Source of the DNA: Octopus bimaculoides
Lineage: Eukaryota
Direction: 5' to 3'
Length of the DNA: 64,000 bases
NCBI RefSeq assembly: GCF_001194135.2
Contig: NC_068994.1
Location: forward strand, 21,326,807-21,390,806
Below the pieces are notes generated by a model. That model did no database searches. It had not been told where the DNA came from and worked only from the letters and a program-made list of their open reading frames with translations. Both the position numbers and the translations under genes were made by a program. Positions 1 through 13,000 of the stretch are shown one piece after another. Numbering within the stretch: position 1 is the stretch's first letter; the number at the start of each line of letters is the position of its first letter.

Positions 1-384
1 TTCGTGAGAGCGAAACCGTGAATGGCACCTGTACCCAGCATCGCCTTCCTGGGTACGTGTAAAGACATTCGAGTGTAAAGACATTCGAGCGAGATTGTTG
101 CCAGTGCCGCCGAACTGGATCCTGTGCAGGTGGCACGTAAAATACACCATTTTGAGCGTGGCCGTTGCCAGTACCGCCTGATTGGCCTTCGTGCCGGTGG
201 TACGTAAAAGCACCCACTACACTCTCGAATTGGTTGACGTTAGAAAGGGCATCCAGCTGTAGAAACTCTGCCAAATCAGATTGGAGCTTGGTGTAGCCAT
301 CTGGTTTCACCAGTCCTCATTCAAATCGTCCAACCCATGCTAGCATGGAAAGCGGACGTTAAATGACGATGATGATGATGATGA
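1..384 (+). mobile_element. RTE-clade LINE 3' end with internal ~60-bp subrepeats and (GAT)n tail
   Basis: Same sequence as the 3' part of the 3717-4544 copy; ends ggaaagcggacgttaaatgacgatgatgat. Confidence 0.85.
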
Positions 385-544
385 TATATACATATATATA
401 CATGTATATACATATACAAACGTAAAATGAAAACATTTTACGTTTTAATATATTCTTTCACCTCGGCCACTATCTGACATATACAGGTGCTTACACTTAT
501 CAAGTATTACCTCTAAAATTTACAATACCTATATATACATGCAT

Positions 545-595
<51 letters not shown>

Positions 596-642
596 CATAT
601 ATACATATATATATATATACTTATCTATAACTATAGTATAGC

Positions 643-890
643 TCAGTTTGTGAGTGTGTGTGTGTTGCATCTATAGAAATCTATACCTTACAAGATAGCA
701 ATCTGGGAGTCGCACCAATGGATTCCTCATGGTCGAAAATGCCCAGAATCGGCCATTTGTTTTTTTTGTTTTTTGGTTGCTTCCGAACACGTGAATTTTT
801 GCATTAAAAATAATTTGAAACCATCAATTCAAACACTTCTACCTGCGGTGTAAACAGATAGAGAGACAGAGAAACAACAGATTTTTTCAA
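643..890. mobile_element. Possible non-autonomous Helitron/HINE-like element end
   Basis: ttatctataactatagtatagctcagtttgtgagtgtgtgtg resembles the ATCTATA..(GT)n start of DINE/HINE-type elements; truncated by a gap. Confidence 0.25.
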
Positions 891-1813
891 TATCGTCTTT
901 TTACTCGATTATTTTNNNNNNNNNNNNNNNNNNNNNNNNNNNNNNNNNNNNNNNNNNNNNNNNNNNNNNNNNNNNNNNNNNNNNNNNNNNNNNNNNNNNN
1001 NNNNNNNNNNNNNNNNNNNNNNNNNNNNNNNNNNNNNNNNNNNNNNNNNNNNNNNNNNNNNNNNNNNNNNNNNNNNNNNNNNNNNNNNNNNNNNNNNNNN
1101 NNNNNNNNNNNNNNNNNNNNNNNNNNNNNNNNNNNNNNNNNNNNNNNNNNNNNNNNNNNNNNNNNNNNNNNNNNNNNNNNNNNNNNNNNNNNNNNNNNNN
1201 NNNNNNNNNNNNNNNNNNNNNNNNNNNNNNNNNNNNNNNNNNNNNNNNNNNNNNNNNNNNNNNNNNNNNNNNNNNNNNNNNNNNNNNNNNNNNNNNNNNN
1301 NNNNNNNNNNNNNNNNNNNNNNNNNNNNNNNNNNNNNNNNNNNNNNNNNNNNNNNNNNNNNNNNNNNNNNNNNNNNNNNNNNNNNNNNNNNNNNNNNNNN
1401 NNNNNNNNNNNNNNNNNNNNNNNNNNNNNNNNNNNNNNNNNNNNNNNNNNNNNNNNNNNNNNNNNNNNNNNNNNNNNNNNNNNNNNNNNNNNNNNNNNNN
1501 NNNNNNNNNNNNNNNNNNNNNNNNNNNNNNNNNNNNNNNNNNNNNNNNNNNNNNNNNNNNNNNNNNNNNNNNNNNNNNNNNNNNNNNNNNNNNNNNNNNN
1601 NNNNNNNNNNNNNNNNNNNNNNNNNNNNNNNNNNNNNNNNNNNNNNNNNNNNNNNNNNNNNNNNNNNNNNNNNNNNNNNNNNNNNNNNNNNNNNNNNNNN
1701 NNNNNNNNNNNNNNNNNNNNNNNNNNNNNNNNNNNNNNNNNNNNNNNNNNNNNNNNNNNNNNNNNNNNNNNNNNNNNNNNNNNNNNNNNNNNNNNNNNNN
1801 NNNNNNNNNNNNN

Positions 1814-1868
<55 letters not shown>

Positions 1869-2263
1869 ACATACACATTTCTGATGAAATTACGGTAGTA
1901 GTTGAAAGCGCTTAAATATGTAATGAAATATATAAATTGAAGAAACTATATGTGATATGTAAATAAATGCATATATTTTTCTATGTACAACCATCCAGCA
2001 TTCTGAATGCCTTTTTCTTTCATATGTATTAAATTTGTACATCGCCTTCAATACTTCTAATATACATACATACATATACATACATATATACATAGTTTAG
2101 AATAAGAACAGCTGATGAAGGAAATATTCTTTATGTGATCTGTTTTTCCTTTTGCCCTAGTTTTTTTGTGACATCGTATACCCAGATATGCATCTATATA
2201 TACATGTAGATGTAAGTTTGTACATACATGTATGTATATATGCATATACGCACATATTATTTG

Positions 2264-2302
<39 letters not shown>

Positions 2303-2642
2303 CATANNNNNNNNNNNNNNNNNNNNNNNNNNNNNNNNNNNNNNNNNNNNNNNNNNNNNNNNNNNNNNNNNNNNNNNNNNNNNNNNNNNNNNNNNNNNNN
2401 NNNNNNNNNNNNNNNNNNNNNNNNNNNNNNNNNNNNNNNNNNNNNNNNNNNNNNNNNNNNNNNNNNNNNNNNNNNNNNNNNNNNNNNNNNNNNNNNNNNN
2501 NNNNNNNNNNNNNNNNNNNNNNNNNNNNNNNNNNNNNNNNNNNNNNNNNNNNNNNNNNNNNNNNNNNNNNNNNNNNNNNNNNNNNNNNNNNNNNNNNNNN
2601 NNNNNNNNNNNNNNNNNNNNNNNNNNNNNNNNNNNNNNNNNN

Positions 2643-3305
2643 AAGACCCGGCAAGCCAAGTGAGAGCATAATCTGTGACCTCTGCCAGAAGTGTGGCCAG
2701 CTCACTTATTCGTATCTTTACTTCATTGGACACTAAACCCTGCTTGCGAAGACCTGATGAGGAAAGTGAATTTGAAATCTGAAATCAAAATCGAACCAAA
2801 TCTGACGACTGGCACCCATGCCAACCTCTCCTTCATTGGACACTAAACTCTGCTTGCAAAGACCTGTTGGAGCACTAACAGCACTGTCTGAGCATGTTCA
2901 TTGCCAGAGCAGCTGTCTGGCTTCCGTGCTAGTGGCCTGTAAATAGCACCAATTGAGCGTAATCGTTACCAGCGTCAGCTTCTTGCACTTGTGCTGGTGG
3001 CACGTTAGAAAATCATTCGAGCGAGGTCATTGCCAGTGCCGCTGGATTGGCTCCCATGCAGGTGGAAAGTAAAAAACACCTTTTGAGCAAGGCCGTTGCC
3101 AGTACCGACTGACTGGCCCTCGTGCCGGTGGCACGTAAAAGCGCCCACTAAACTCTTGGAGTGGTTGGCGTTAGGAAGGGCATCCAGCTGTAGAAACTCT
3201 GCCAGATCACATTGGAGCCTGGTGCAGCCTTCTGGCTTGCCAGTCCTCAGTCAAATCCTCCAACCCATGCTAGCATGGAAAGCGGACGTTGAACAATGAT
3301 GATGA
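2643..3305 (+). mobile_element. RTE-clade LINE 3' portion (end of ORF, subrepeats, (GAT)n tail)
   Basis: Homologous to 3915-4544; the 5' end abuts an N gap. Confidence 0.85.
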
Positions 3306-3716
3306 TATATATATATGTTAGACCAATATTCTTCTTTTCATTTAAGTCTATCAAATCTACCTTTGCCTAGAATGCTACATAGTGGGACAAAATCTGAAAG
3401 CAGTGTTAGGAAGGAAATAATTGTGTGTGTGTGTGTGTGCATTTGTCTTCTCGTCTTGACATCATGTTATAGTTCACATAAGCATAAATGTCATACAAAT
3501 GGTGTCATCTATCTCTAATCTCCCATGAGAAATATCTAATCATGGTGAATTATGACTTTGCTTGGAAACAGCAACAGTAAAAGTTGGTGATAGGAAGGGC
3601 CTCTATCTGCAAAAAATCTGCCTCAACAGGGAGAGAGAGAGAAAGAGATCACTTATGACTAACATGTAATGTTATATACCTATAACTATAATTTGGTGTG
3701 CAAGAGATACGACTGC

Positions 3717-4544
3717 ACTGGTATGGTCATGTGGTACGAATGGATGAGGATAGCTGTGTGAAAAAGTGTCACACCCTAGTGGCTGAGGGAAACTGTGGAA
3801 GAGGTAGACCCAGGAAGACCTGGGATGAGGTGGTGAAGCATGACCTTTGAACATTAGGCCTCACCGAGGCAATGACTAGTGACCGAGACCTTTGGAAATA
3901 TGCTGTGCTTGAGAAGACCCAACAAGCTAAGTGAGACCATAACCTGTGGCCTATGGCAGGGGTGTAACCAGCCCACTTAGGTGTACCTTTCTTTCATTGG
4001 ACATTAAACTCTGCTTGTGAAGACCTGTTGAGGCAAGTGAAATCAAAATCAAATTCGATGACAGCACCGCATGACTGACATCCATGCTAGTCGAGTGTTA
4101 AGAGCACCATTCGAGCATGATCGTTGCTAGGGCCGCTAACTGGCCACTATGCCGGTGGCATGTAAAAAGCACCATTTGAGCATGATCGTTACAAGCGTCG
4201 CCTTACTGGCATTTGTGCCGGTGGTACATGGAAAACAGCATTCGAGCGAGGGTGTTGCCAGTGCTGCAGGACTGGTTCCTGTGCAGGTGACACATAAAAA
4301 CATCATTTGAGCGTGGCCGTTGCCAGTACTGCCTGACTGGCCTTCATGCCGGTGGCACATAAAAGCACCGACTACACTCTCAGAGTGGTTGACGTTAGGA
4401 AGGGCATCCAGCTGTAGAAACTCTGCCAGATCAGATTGGAGCCTGGTGCAGCCATCTTGTTCACCAGTCCCCAGTCAAACCGTCCAACCCATGCAGCATG
4501 GAAAGCAGAAGTTAAACGATGATGATGATGATGATGATGATGAT
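3717..4544 (+). mobile_element. 5'-truncated RTE-clade LINE
   Basis: Encodes a degenerate RT C-terminus WYGHVVRMDEDSCVKKCHTL...GRGRPRKTWDEVVK typical of RTE, followed by the 3'UTR and (GAT)9 tail. Confidence 0.9.
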
Positions 4545-5537
4545 GCATATACATATTTTTATACATGTCAATATAATATTTAAACATGCATATATTTATA
4601 TGCATATACATATATGTTCATATCATGTGTATTAATATAGTAACAATGCTGCAGAAAAGAAAATGGAACAATGGAACTGTGGAGTAATTTTAGTCATTTT
4701 TATCAAATATCTTACCATGTTAAATAAATATTAGCAGGAAGGAAGAAAGGTAGAAATTGCTTCTCCTTTGGGTAAACAAAAAATAAAGGAAAGAAAAAAA
4801 TTATTTCCAGAGACAAGTGTTTCAGGGATTGAACAAATAATTTAAAAAATAAACAGTTTGGGACAATTTTTAGAATATTGTGTATTTTTCTCTTTATTTT
4901 CCTAAAAACAATTTTTCCCCACTTTGTGAAATTCTTAAAAAGTTCTGCTACAGTCAACAAAAACAGTAGGCCATACCAACCTGTGGCCATTGGCTTGGGG
5001 TTTGACAAAAATTAGGGAAGGGAGGAATTTAAAAAAATTGTCAATGTTTATTATAGACACAAAAATTTATTATAAAAAAAGAATTTTTTTCAGAGACTCA
5101 GCCTTTATTATAGAAAACATAGAAACTTCATCTTTTTTTTAAAAGGTTTTTATTTTTTTTAATAATTATTTCTTAAAGTGAACTTTTAGAGAAACATTTT
5201 ATGCAATATTTTCTTTGACTTGTGTGCATGTGAAGATTTGTGTTGAGATGTGTATATATGGTTTTAAATTAAAGTTGTACATTTTCTGTTTTGTTCGGTT
5301 GAAAATATGAGTGAATATAGTTGTGAAATTTGTATCTATCAAAATAAAGCAGGTGGAAAATAAACATTCCTTCATTTAAGATACTATTGTGTAATATTTG
5401 TGTTTGACAGATTTTGTGTTCTGCTAAAAAACTAAAATATACACCTATAGCTTTCAATCATGAGTTTCATTTCCTTTTCTCTCTAAAATTCTACAAAATC
5501 CACTTTATGTATGTGTTATATGCAGCCGTTGTTTGCA

Positions 5538-5540
<3 letters not shown>

Positions 5541-5590
<50 letters not shown>
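5541..5590. repeat. (GT)25 microsatellite
   Basis: Direct reading. Confidence 0.95.
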
Positions 5591-5593
<3 letters not shown>

Positions 5594-7824
5594 GTGTTTG
5601 CAGAATAGTAAGAAATACATTTATTCATAGATATAAATACTAAAATAAACTAAAAAAATTTTATTTTTTAAAAATAAAAATAAAAAATTCTCTTTTATCA
5701 ACTTTTAAAATCATTTTCTTTTTTTTTCTTTCCACATTTCTTGATTAAAAAGACTACCACTGTTTTCTGTATCCTCTACCAAGAAAAAATAAATTTAAAT
5801 TTTTTCACACAATCTCAATATACTAAAAAAGATTTTTTCTTTTTTTATGGACATTTAAAGGGGTCAATTTTTCAATTAATTAATGATAATAATCAAAAAC
5901 TGTCAATGAGAAATCACGTTAGTTAGCCGTTTCAAAAGATATAAGAAAAGATTTTACTTAAGAGTGAAATATATCTATGCAATTAGTACAAATTTTATGA
6001 ACATCTTACATTAACAACATTTCATAGTTACTATAAAGAACAAAAGCATACCTTGATAAATTTGGCATCAAATGGCATGGGAGGTAAACCAGTCAGCCAG
6101 CATGGGTTATATGAGGCAATTATTCATTAGCATCAGAGTTGCAAGATCAGCTTAAAAGAGGAATCACGTAGCACAAATTTAACAACCAAGAACAATCTCA
6201 GATAAAGTGATTGTGTGGTGATTGGTTTCTTACGGTGGTAGGTTACTAACCACAAAAAGTATTTCTGCTGTACTTTCAGACAAGTAATATCTTCATATTT
6301 ATCTCTGTCCACTTAACAAAACATATATCATTCCTATTTTATGATGTATGGAAGGGGCATCTAACTAAACTACTCTAATAATACTTATGCATATATCAAT
6401 ATTTAAAGGAAATCTTCAATCTAAATAATCATAGAAAGATAACATTTCTAACCTGATTATTCTTTGAAATCAGAGGACAAAATTCTATACTTTTAAAAAG
6501 AAAGTTTGGAAATCTCTATTACAGTAAAACATTTTTCTCCAAAGTTCTGATCTCTTTTTAACTCTATTATATAGAACCACTCATGTTATTTCACTTCCTG
6601 TCTATATTGTATTGGACATTCAATTGCTCAAAGTTGGCTATTATTCATAGGTGACAATTATATGTTACTCTTGATAAAGATGGAATGCTAACAGGAATCA
6701 ATGAATAAACTGAAGTGGTCTCTTCTTACTGGGTATCACTCAGTCAGCTTTGCTCAGTGACACAGGGGTAGCTGTATCTATAACACAGATTTCAGATGTA
6801 AAATATGCTGTTTGAACCTTTTCATGAACACACACACATACATATATACACAAAAAAAGAACTGTTGGCAGGATTGAAACTTGTAAACCACCAAATCAGT
6901 AGGCAATTTGCTTGTCTAGTCTTAAATAATAAAAGTTGCTCACACAGCTCAATAAAAATAATTTCCATAGATCTTAATCCCAAAGTATATCTCTCACACA
7001 AGTTAGCTAACTCTCTAGCTCTTTCACAGTTCTTAATCTTGCATGGGTTTATAGATAAAAATATGAAAATAAAACCCAAACATTTTAACTTGAATACCAG
7101 AGTATGGAGAAAGGAAATCAATAAGATAGTAGTAGAAGTTATAGACCTACAGTAGAGGATCTGTGCTGAGTTGACATATGTAGCTTGAACTGATATGTAA
7201 ACCTAAACAGTACCTTTCTGACTACGTTTCTGATTCAATAAAAAAATAAAGACAATGATGGAACCTATTTGAATCAAATTTTTTTCAAATTTCATAAGAT
7301 TCATAAATTATTCAGCCAGTTGTATTCATTAGTGGCAAAAAAATATATCTACACACAGGCAGAGACAACAAACTTATGCTATGCTTGCAGATAGATAAAC
7401 AGACAGGCAAGTGATTTTGCTGATTGTAGAACAATCTGATGCTTCTGCAATTAAGGTGTAAATATTAAGTAATATTTTAAAAAATATACCAAATTATTAT
7501 TATAATTCAAATAGTGATTTATCTAAAGAGTGAGAAGTGGGGAAGCTAAAAAATAAAGAAAAATAATAATTAAAGACCCAGCCTTCAAATACAAGTTAGG
7601 GTGGTTTAGGTTTCTAAGATCTAAATAGCAGAAATAGAGAATAAAAGTGAAAGAACAGTTATTGTTAAATTGTATACATCTAATAGGTGAGTGAGTGGGT
7701 TTGTAAAAGATCTTGTGAGGTCAAGTGTACAATAAATAAGAATGAACTGATCTGAAAGGTTCAATGAATGATAGTATATGTATGTACAAATTTGTAGGTA
7801 AATATAAGTATAAATACATACATG

Positions 7825-7873
<49 letters not shown>

Positions 7874-7993
7874 NNNNNNNNNNNNNNNNNNNNNNNNNNN
7901 NNNNNNNNNNNNNNNNNNNNNNNNNNNNNNNNNNNNNNNNNNNNNNNNNNNNNNNNNNNNNNNNNNNNNNNNNNNNNNNNNNNNNNNNNNNNN

Positions 7994-8037
<44 letters not shown>

Positions 8038-8875
8038 AAGCAGCTTGTATTAAGCATACAAGTTTTGCACTAAATCATTCCTGATCTATTTTTTTAATTC
8101 TAAGTAATTGTTATTTTAATTTTTTTTTCATTAATGTTGTAGCTTTATTATGTTAAAACCAAAATAAATTTATCATTGCATAGAAAATGCTTCAACAATG
8201 AAAGAAAGAGAAAAGAGAAAAAAAAATGAATGTTGAGCATCAATGATAGTTTGTAGAATGAGTTGGTTAAGTTATATGAAGATATGTATGAAGTTTGTAA
8301 ATACACACACACAAATAAGTGAGCTCAAGAGTTAATGGTCAACTGTTTGTGAAAATCAAGTAGGATGTCAGTCATTTGCAAAGATAATGGTGGTGAGTGC
8401 TGGTGTGATATTGGTTCATTCAGTTATAAAGAAACTACACAGAGTAGTTAAACATGACCACATAGCTATTGATTGTTTTGTGTGAATCCAGGTCAACCCT
8501 GATTAAATAGACCTATGATCATCTCATATTTTCCCTCTGCACAAGGAACTTAGGACCACATTATCCAAAATATCCTTTTTTTAAAGTTAGGATGTGATCT
8601 AAGAGATATGTGACTATTTCTAGCAGGTTGAACAACCACGTAGAGACTCCATCTTTGACTTGTATAGCTAGGGGCTATAGTGTAGAGCAGACATTAATAT
8701 CCAGAAATGGATACAGCTGGAATAATTCTAGAAGAAGAAATACTGTAACCAACTGCTTATGAACAAGTTAAAATAAACCTTGACCCCATCAATTTTTCAA
8801 AAAACATTATATCACCACCACCAAAATCACAAGCCACCCCATCACAACTACTACAAGAAACAATGCAGGGCTTAA

Positions 8876-8920
<45 letters not shown>

Positions 8921-9077
8921 GGGATCTTTATATGCGTATTCCTATGAGGGTAAAAAGAGACAAAACAGGAAAGTCAAAATGCAGGGGGAACTGCTAAGGT
9001 ATGTAAATATGATCAACTCTGGTGTTTACAGCTTGATGCAAATTAAACTACTCTTGTCATGTATATATGTCATACAC

Positions 9078-9113
<36 letters not shown>

Positions 9114-9959
9114 GCACAAAGTGGTTTCTCCTTGAGATGAAGATACTACAAGTAGATTGCTATAGCAAATGTTTAGTCCAAGTAAGTTAACACTAACTCT
9201 AATAACTCTAAATGTAAGTCACAGAAAAGCTGGCCTCACTGGAAGACTAAAGCTGAATACACTTGATCAACAGGAAGAAAATAATAAAAAAAAGGAAGTG
9301 TTATAATTAGTTTCTTTCTAGTTCTAAAAGTGACTGATTTTGTTTTAACGTGTTACCCACTCACTCATACATTTCCTTACAAAAATATGTAGAATCACAA
9401 ACAAATATTTGAGAGTAAACTTATAAATATAGGTATGTGTGTGTGTGTATTACTAAGTTTTAAAGCATTTGGTTTTTTAAAAAAGGACAGAGAAAAAGAA
9501 ACAAATAAAAAAAATATAAAAAGACATTTTACAAAAAAAAAAAAAAAAGATTAGTTTCCAGATCTGAATATATATATATATAAAAGAAAACAGTACAAAG
9601 TCCTTTCTCTTGCTTTTTTTTTCTTCTTTTGAATTTAAAAAAGAAAGTGAGAAATTAAAAAATATTTCATTATTATCTCCTACTTTGGTTTTTTTCATGT
9701 ATACTTTAGCTTTCAAACTGTTCTTTTATATTTTTCTTTGTATTATATATATAATATATATATATGTATTATTAATTTTTTTTTTTACAGTTTTGTTTTT
9801 CCAAAATAAAAAAATAATATTGAATAAATAACATAGATTAATTAATTACGAAATGTGGTTTACAAGGAATGAGGCTTCAATAGGTGCCAGCTAGAATTTT
9901 TTCAGTCAACAAAACAAAAATAATAATACTGATAATAATGGTTCTCTCATATTGGCACA

Positions 9960-10150
9960 GGGCCACATAGCTGTAGGGTAGAGACAGTCAATCAGATCAA
10001 CCTCAGTACATGACTGGTATTTTATTCTTAATCAACCCTGGAGAGATGAAAGGCAAAGTCAACCTTGACGGGATTTGGATACAGAATGTAGAGCAGCTTA
10101 TTTCTGACAAGTATTTAGTCAAATGCTCTGTTATTTCTGCCAAAGTCCTG
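9960..10150 (-). mobile_element. Diverged tRNA-derived (CORE-like) SINE fragment
   Basis: tactggtattttattcttaatcaaccctggagagatgaaaggcaaagtcaaccttgacgggatttgg recurs in many window copies (17.6k, 18.3k, 63.2k). Confidence 0.6.
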
Positions 10151-10757
10151 CCTTTTTTTTTTACAATGTTGATAATGATGGTGATGGTGATAATGAAGAT
10201 ACTACTAATAATATTAATAATAATAATAACAACAATAAAATACATTTCAATACTGAATGAAGCCAAAGGTTATAGGTGGAGGGGTAAACACAAAAAAAAA
10301 AGCAACAAGGAAGTAGCAAAATAGCCAAAACAAATGCAATGCTATGCAATGGGCAGTTATATTTGGTAGATGTGCTATAGTAATGAGAGGAGTCTAGAGG
10401 CAAGATTATCAGTAAGATATTTGCCTTCCTCTTACCCCGCTTGACCACATTTCTCTGTGCCTCACTCCATCACTGACCCTGTCTCTTAGAAACAAACATA
10501 ATATATTTCTCTGGTTTATACAAGGAAACCTAAAAAGAGATGTTATGCTCTACAAACAAATAAATTAATGAAAATCAGTTGTTGATTTTTCTTTTACACT
10601 ACAAGTGAGTTCAGTGTGTATATTTTGGAAATAACAGAGTGATAAGTACCGAAAGGTTGGGGCACAACAGTTAATTTCAGGTTTATAATGTCGATACCCA
10701 CTTGAGGCCTGCCATCAAAAAGCCCTTTATTATTATCATTAGTAGTAACAGTAGTAA

Positions 10758-10758
<1 letters not shown>

Positions 10759-10800
<42 letters not shown>
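10759..10800. repeat. (AGT)14 microsatellite
   Basis: Direct reading. Confidence 0.95.
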
Positions 10801-10806
<6 letters not shown>

Positions 10807-12599
10807 TGTAATAAGGAACAGACTGAATGCAATTATGATGAGCTATTGTTCACAATGTTTTCCAACCATCAGTCAGATAACTGACATTAAAATACAATCA
10901 CAAAACTGAAATAATCCTTTCAAGTTGCTTCACATCTGGCAGTAATCATTCATAAGAGAATAAGGTCAATAATGAGACGAACTGAGGCGACAATAAAATT
11001 TTGGGTTTAGTTATTTGTATCAGAACTTGTTGAGGTCATCTTGGCTGCTATAGACTTCTCTTCCATCTTAGACTTTAGATGCAGATCTAGTTGTCATGAA
11101 AGGATTAAGCACTGAGAAAGCTTTAGTCTCTTAACCAACTTTAAGACCCATGCTTACTTTTATGACCATGGTCAACTCTAACTGGCCACAGTCTTAAAAG
11201 TTTGACTGTGCACTAATTCAAAAACAAATGGTCCTAAGGTGTTTCCACAAAAATATTTGCCCACACTACCATTTTTATTACAAAACAAACAAATAAATGA
11301 ATACAATTAAAAAAGTATTTCTAATTTTTTTTCTGTTTTTTTTTTCTTTTTAAATAAAAAAAATAACATTTGTATATAGATACTGCCCAATTGATTTAAA
11401 ATGAAAACTGAATGGTACAAAAAAACAATAAAAATAGAAAGGAGATATTAAAGAGGAGAGAGCGAGAGAGAAAGAGAGAGAGAGAGAAGAAAAAGCATAT
11501 TGTACATTAACAGTAAAATAATAACAAGGCCAAGTGACCTCTGTTAATTTTGGGTATTTATAAAAATAAGAAAACATCTGGATTTGATATGCAAGATTGG
11601 ATGAAAAGTTTATAATTGAAAATAGTATTTGCTGTGAAATAAAACTCAATGTGTTTAGTTCAGGTGGAGAGCAACCAAATGAAGCCCCACAGTGATGCAA
11701 GAGTGGCCTGAGTTGGTCTTTATACAACCCAATAAAAACCATCTCTCCAATAAGTGTTATTATTATCAAGTTTTATTTTCAGAAGTGAAAAAATAAATAA
11801 GAAAAATAAATTAACAAAAAATTCAACATTATTAAACATTCAAATGTATTTTGTTTCTGATTCTTCTTCTTTTAGAATATTGTTTTCTTTCCTTCTATTC
11901 ACAAATGAAATGACCACAATGGTGGCTATTGGCTGTTGGAGAGACCAGTTTTCTCTGTCTTTATACTTGTATGCATTACATCTCCAATTGGACTTTTTGT
12001 CCTGAGAATCTACAGAGATTTAATACAAATCAGATGTTTGTGCTGAAGTAAAAGTTTCCATAGGAAGATGGACCATATCTTGAATTGATGCAGATTCAAT
12101 TATCAGATGAAGTAAAATAAAACTAAAAAATATAACGTTGTTATTTTTAAGATGGTACAAAATGAAAAAAGTTTAATCAAAGAAAATAATTATGAAATAA
12201 AAACAAAAATTGAAGAATGTTAAAAAATTAAATACTTTCTCTTCAATTTTTAGAGACATTTTCATGAACAAAAATATATTGTATAAAGTTGATTAATTTA
12301 AGGAAGAAGTAAAAGAAAACAGCATCTTTTAGTTTCTTGTCTGTTGTATTACATAACAGACAGTTTTATACACACACAAATAACATATAAAATGTACATG
12401 AAGTCAATTATACACATATGTATATACATATATGCATGTCCATGTGAATGTATTTGTGTGATTTATTGACAGCCAAGTAAAATAATGTTGACACAAATAT
12501 TCTATTTGCATATATATCCACATAAGACATAGATATTTCATGACAGACTGCTACTGATTACATGAATAGAGTATTTGAAAGCATCTTCTAATGGATACA

Positions 12600-13000
12600 T
12601 AACAATCTACTTCTTCAACAGCATCAATATACAATCACCTCTATATATGAACACAGCTAAAAGCCTTCAAAATCTCTTCAAATTCTTGGGAGTCACAATT
12701 TCTGAAGATCACTCATAGTGATCGCACATATACAACATTGCCAAAACTGCACCCCAAAGACTTAGCTTCCTTTTACAGAGCCAAAAATTACTATTCTCTG
12801 CTTCTTCTACTGCTTTGAGAATGGCCTGTAATCCACTAAATTAAAATGATATACACCACCTCTACTTAAGCTCATCTAATGCACACAAGTGTTCTCATCT
12901 TGTCATCTAAGCTGTGACTCATCCAACAAACCTGTATGAAAGACTTTACCCAATCCTTTCTTTTGAAAAGTGCAATTCTCTGGAATTCTCTTAAGATGAG
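12600..13000 (+). mobile_element. Decayed CR1/L2-like LINE RT C-terminal fragment
   Basis: Degenerate FKFLGVTISEDHS*SHIYNIAKTA-QRLSFL motif. Confidence 0.55.

Noticed and set aside
2752-2780. CTGATGAG...GAAA hammerhead-like core in the RTE 3'UTR
   Set aside because: Other copies read CTGTTG(A/G), and stems I-III could not be formed.
4090-4370. Regularly spaced repeats resembling a CRISPR array
   Set aside because: Eukaryotic context; the units are contiguous diverged subrepeats of a LINE 3'UTR with no unique spacers or cas genes.
6640-6770. Plus-strand protein-like stretch QLYVTLDKDGMLTGINE*TEVVSSYW
   Set aside because: Interrupted by stops, with no recognisable family.
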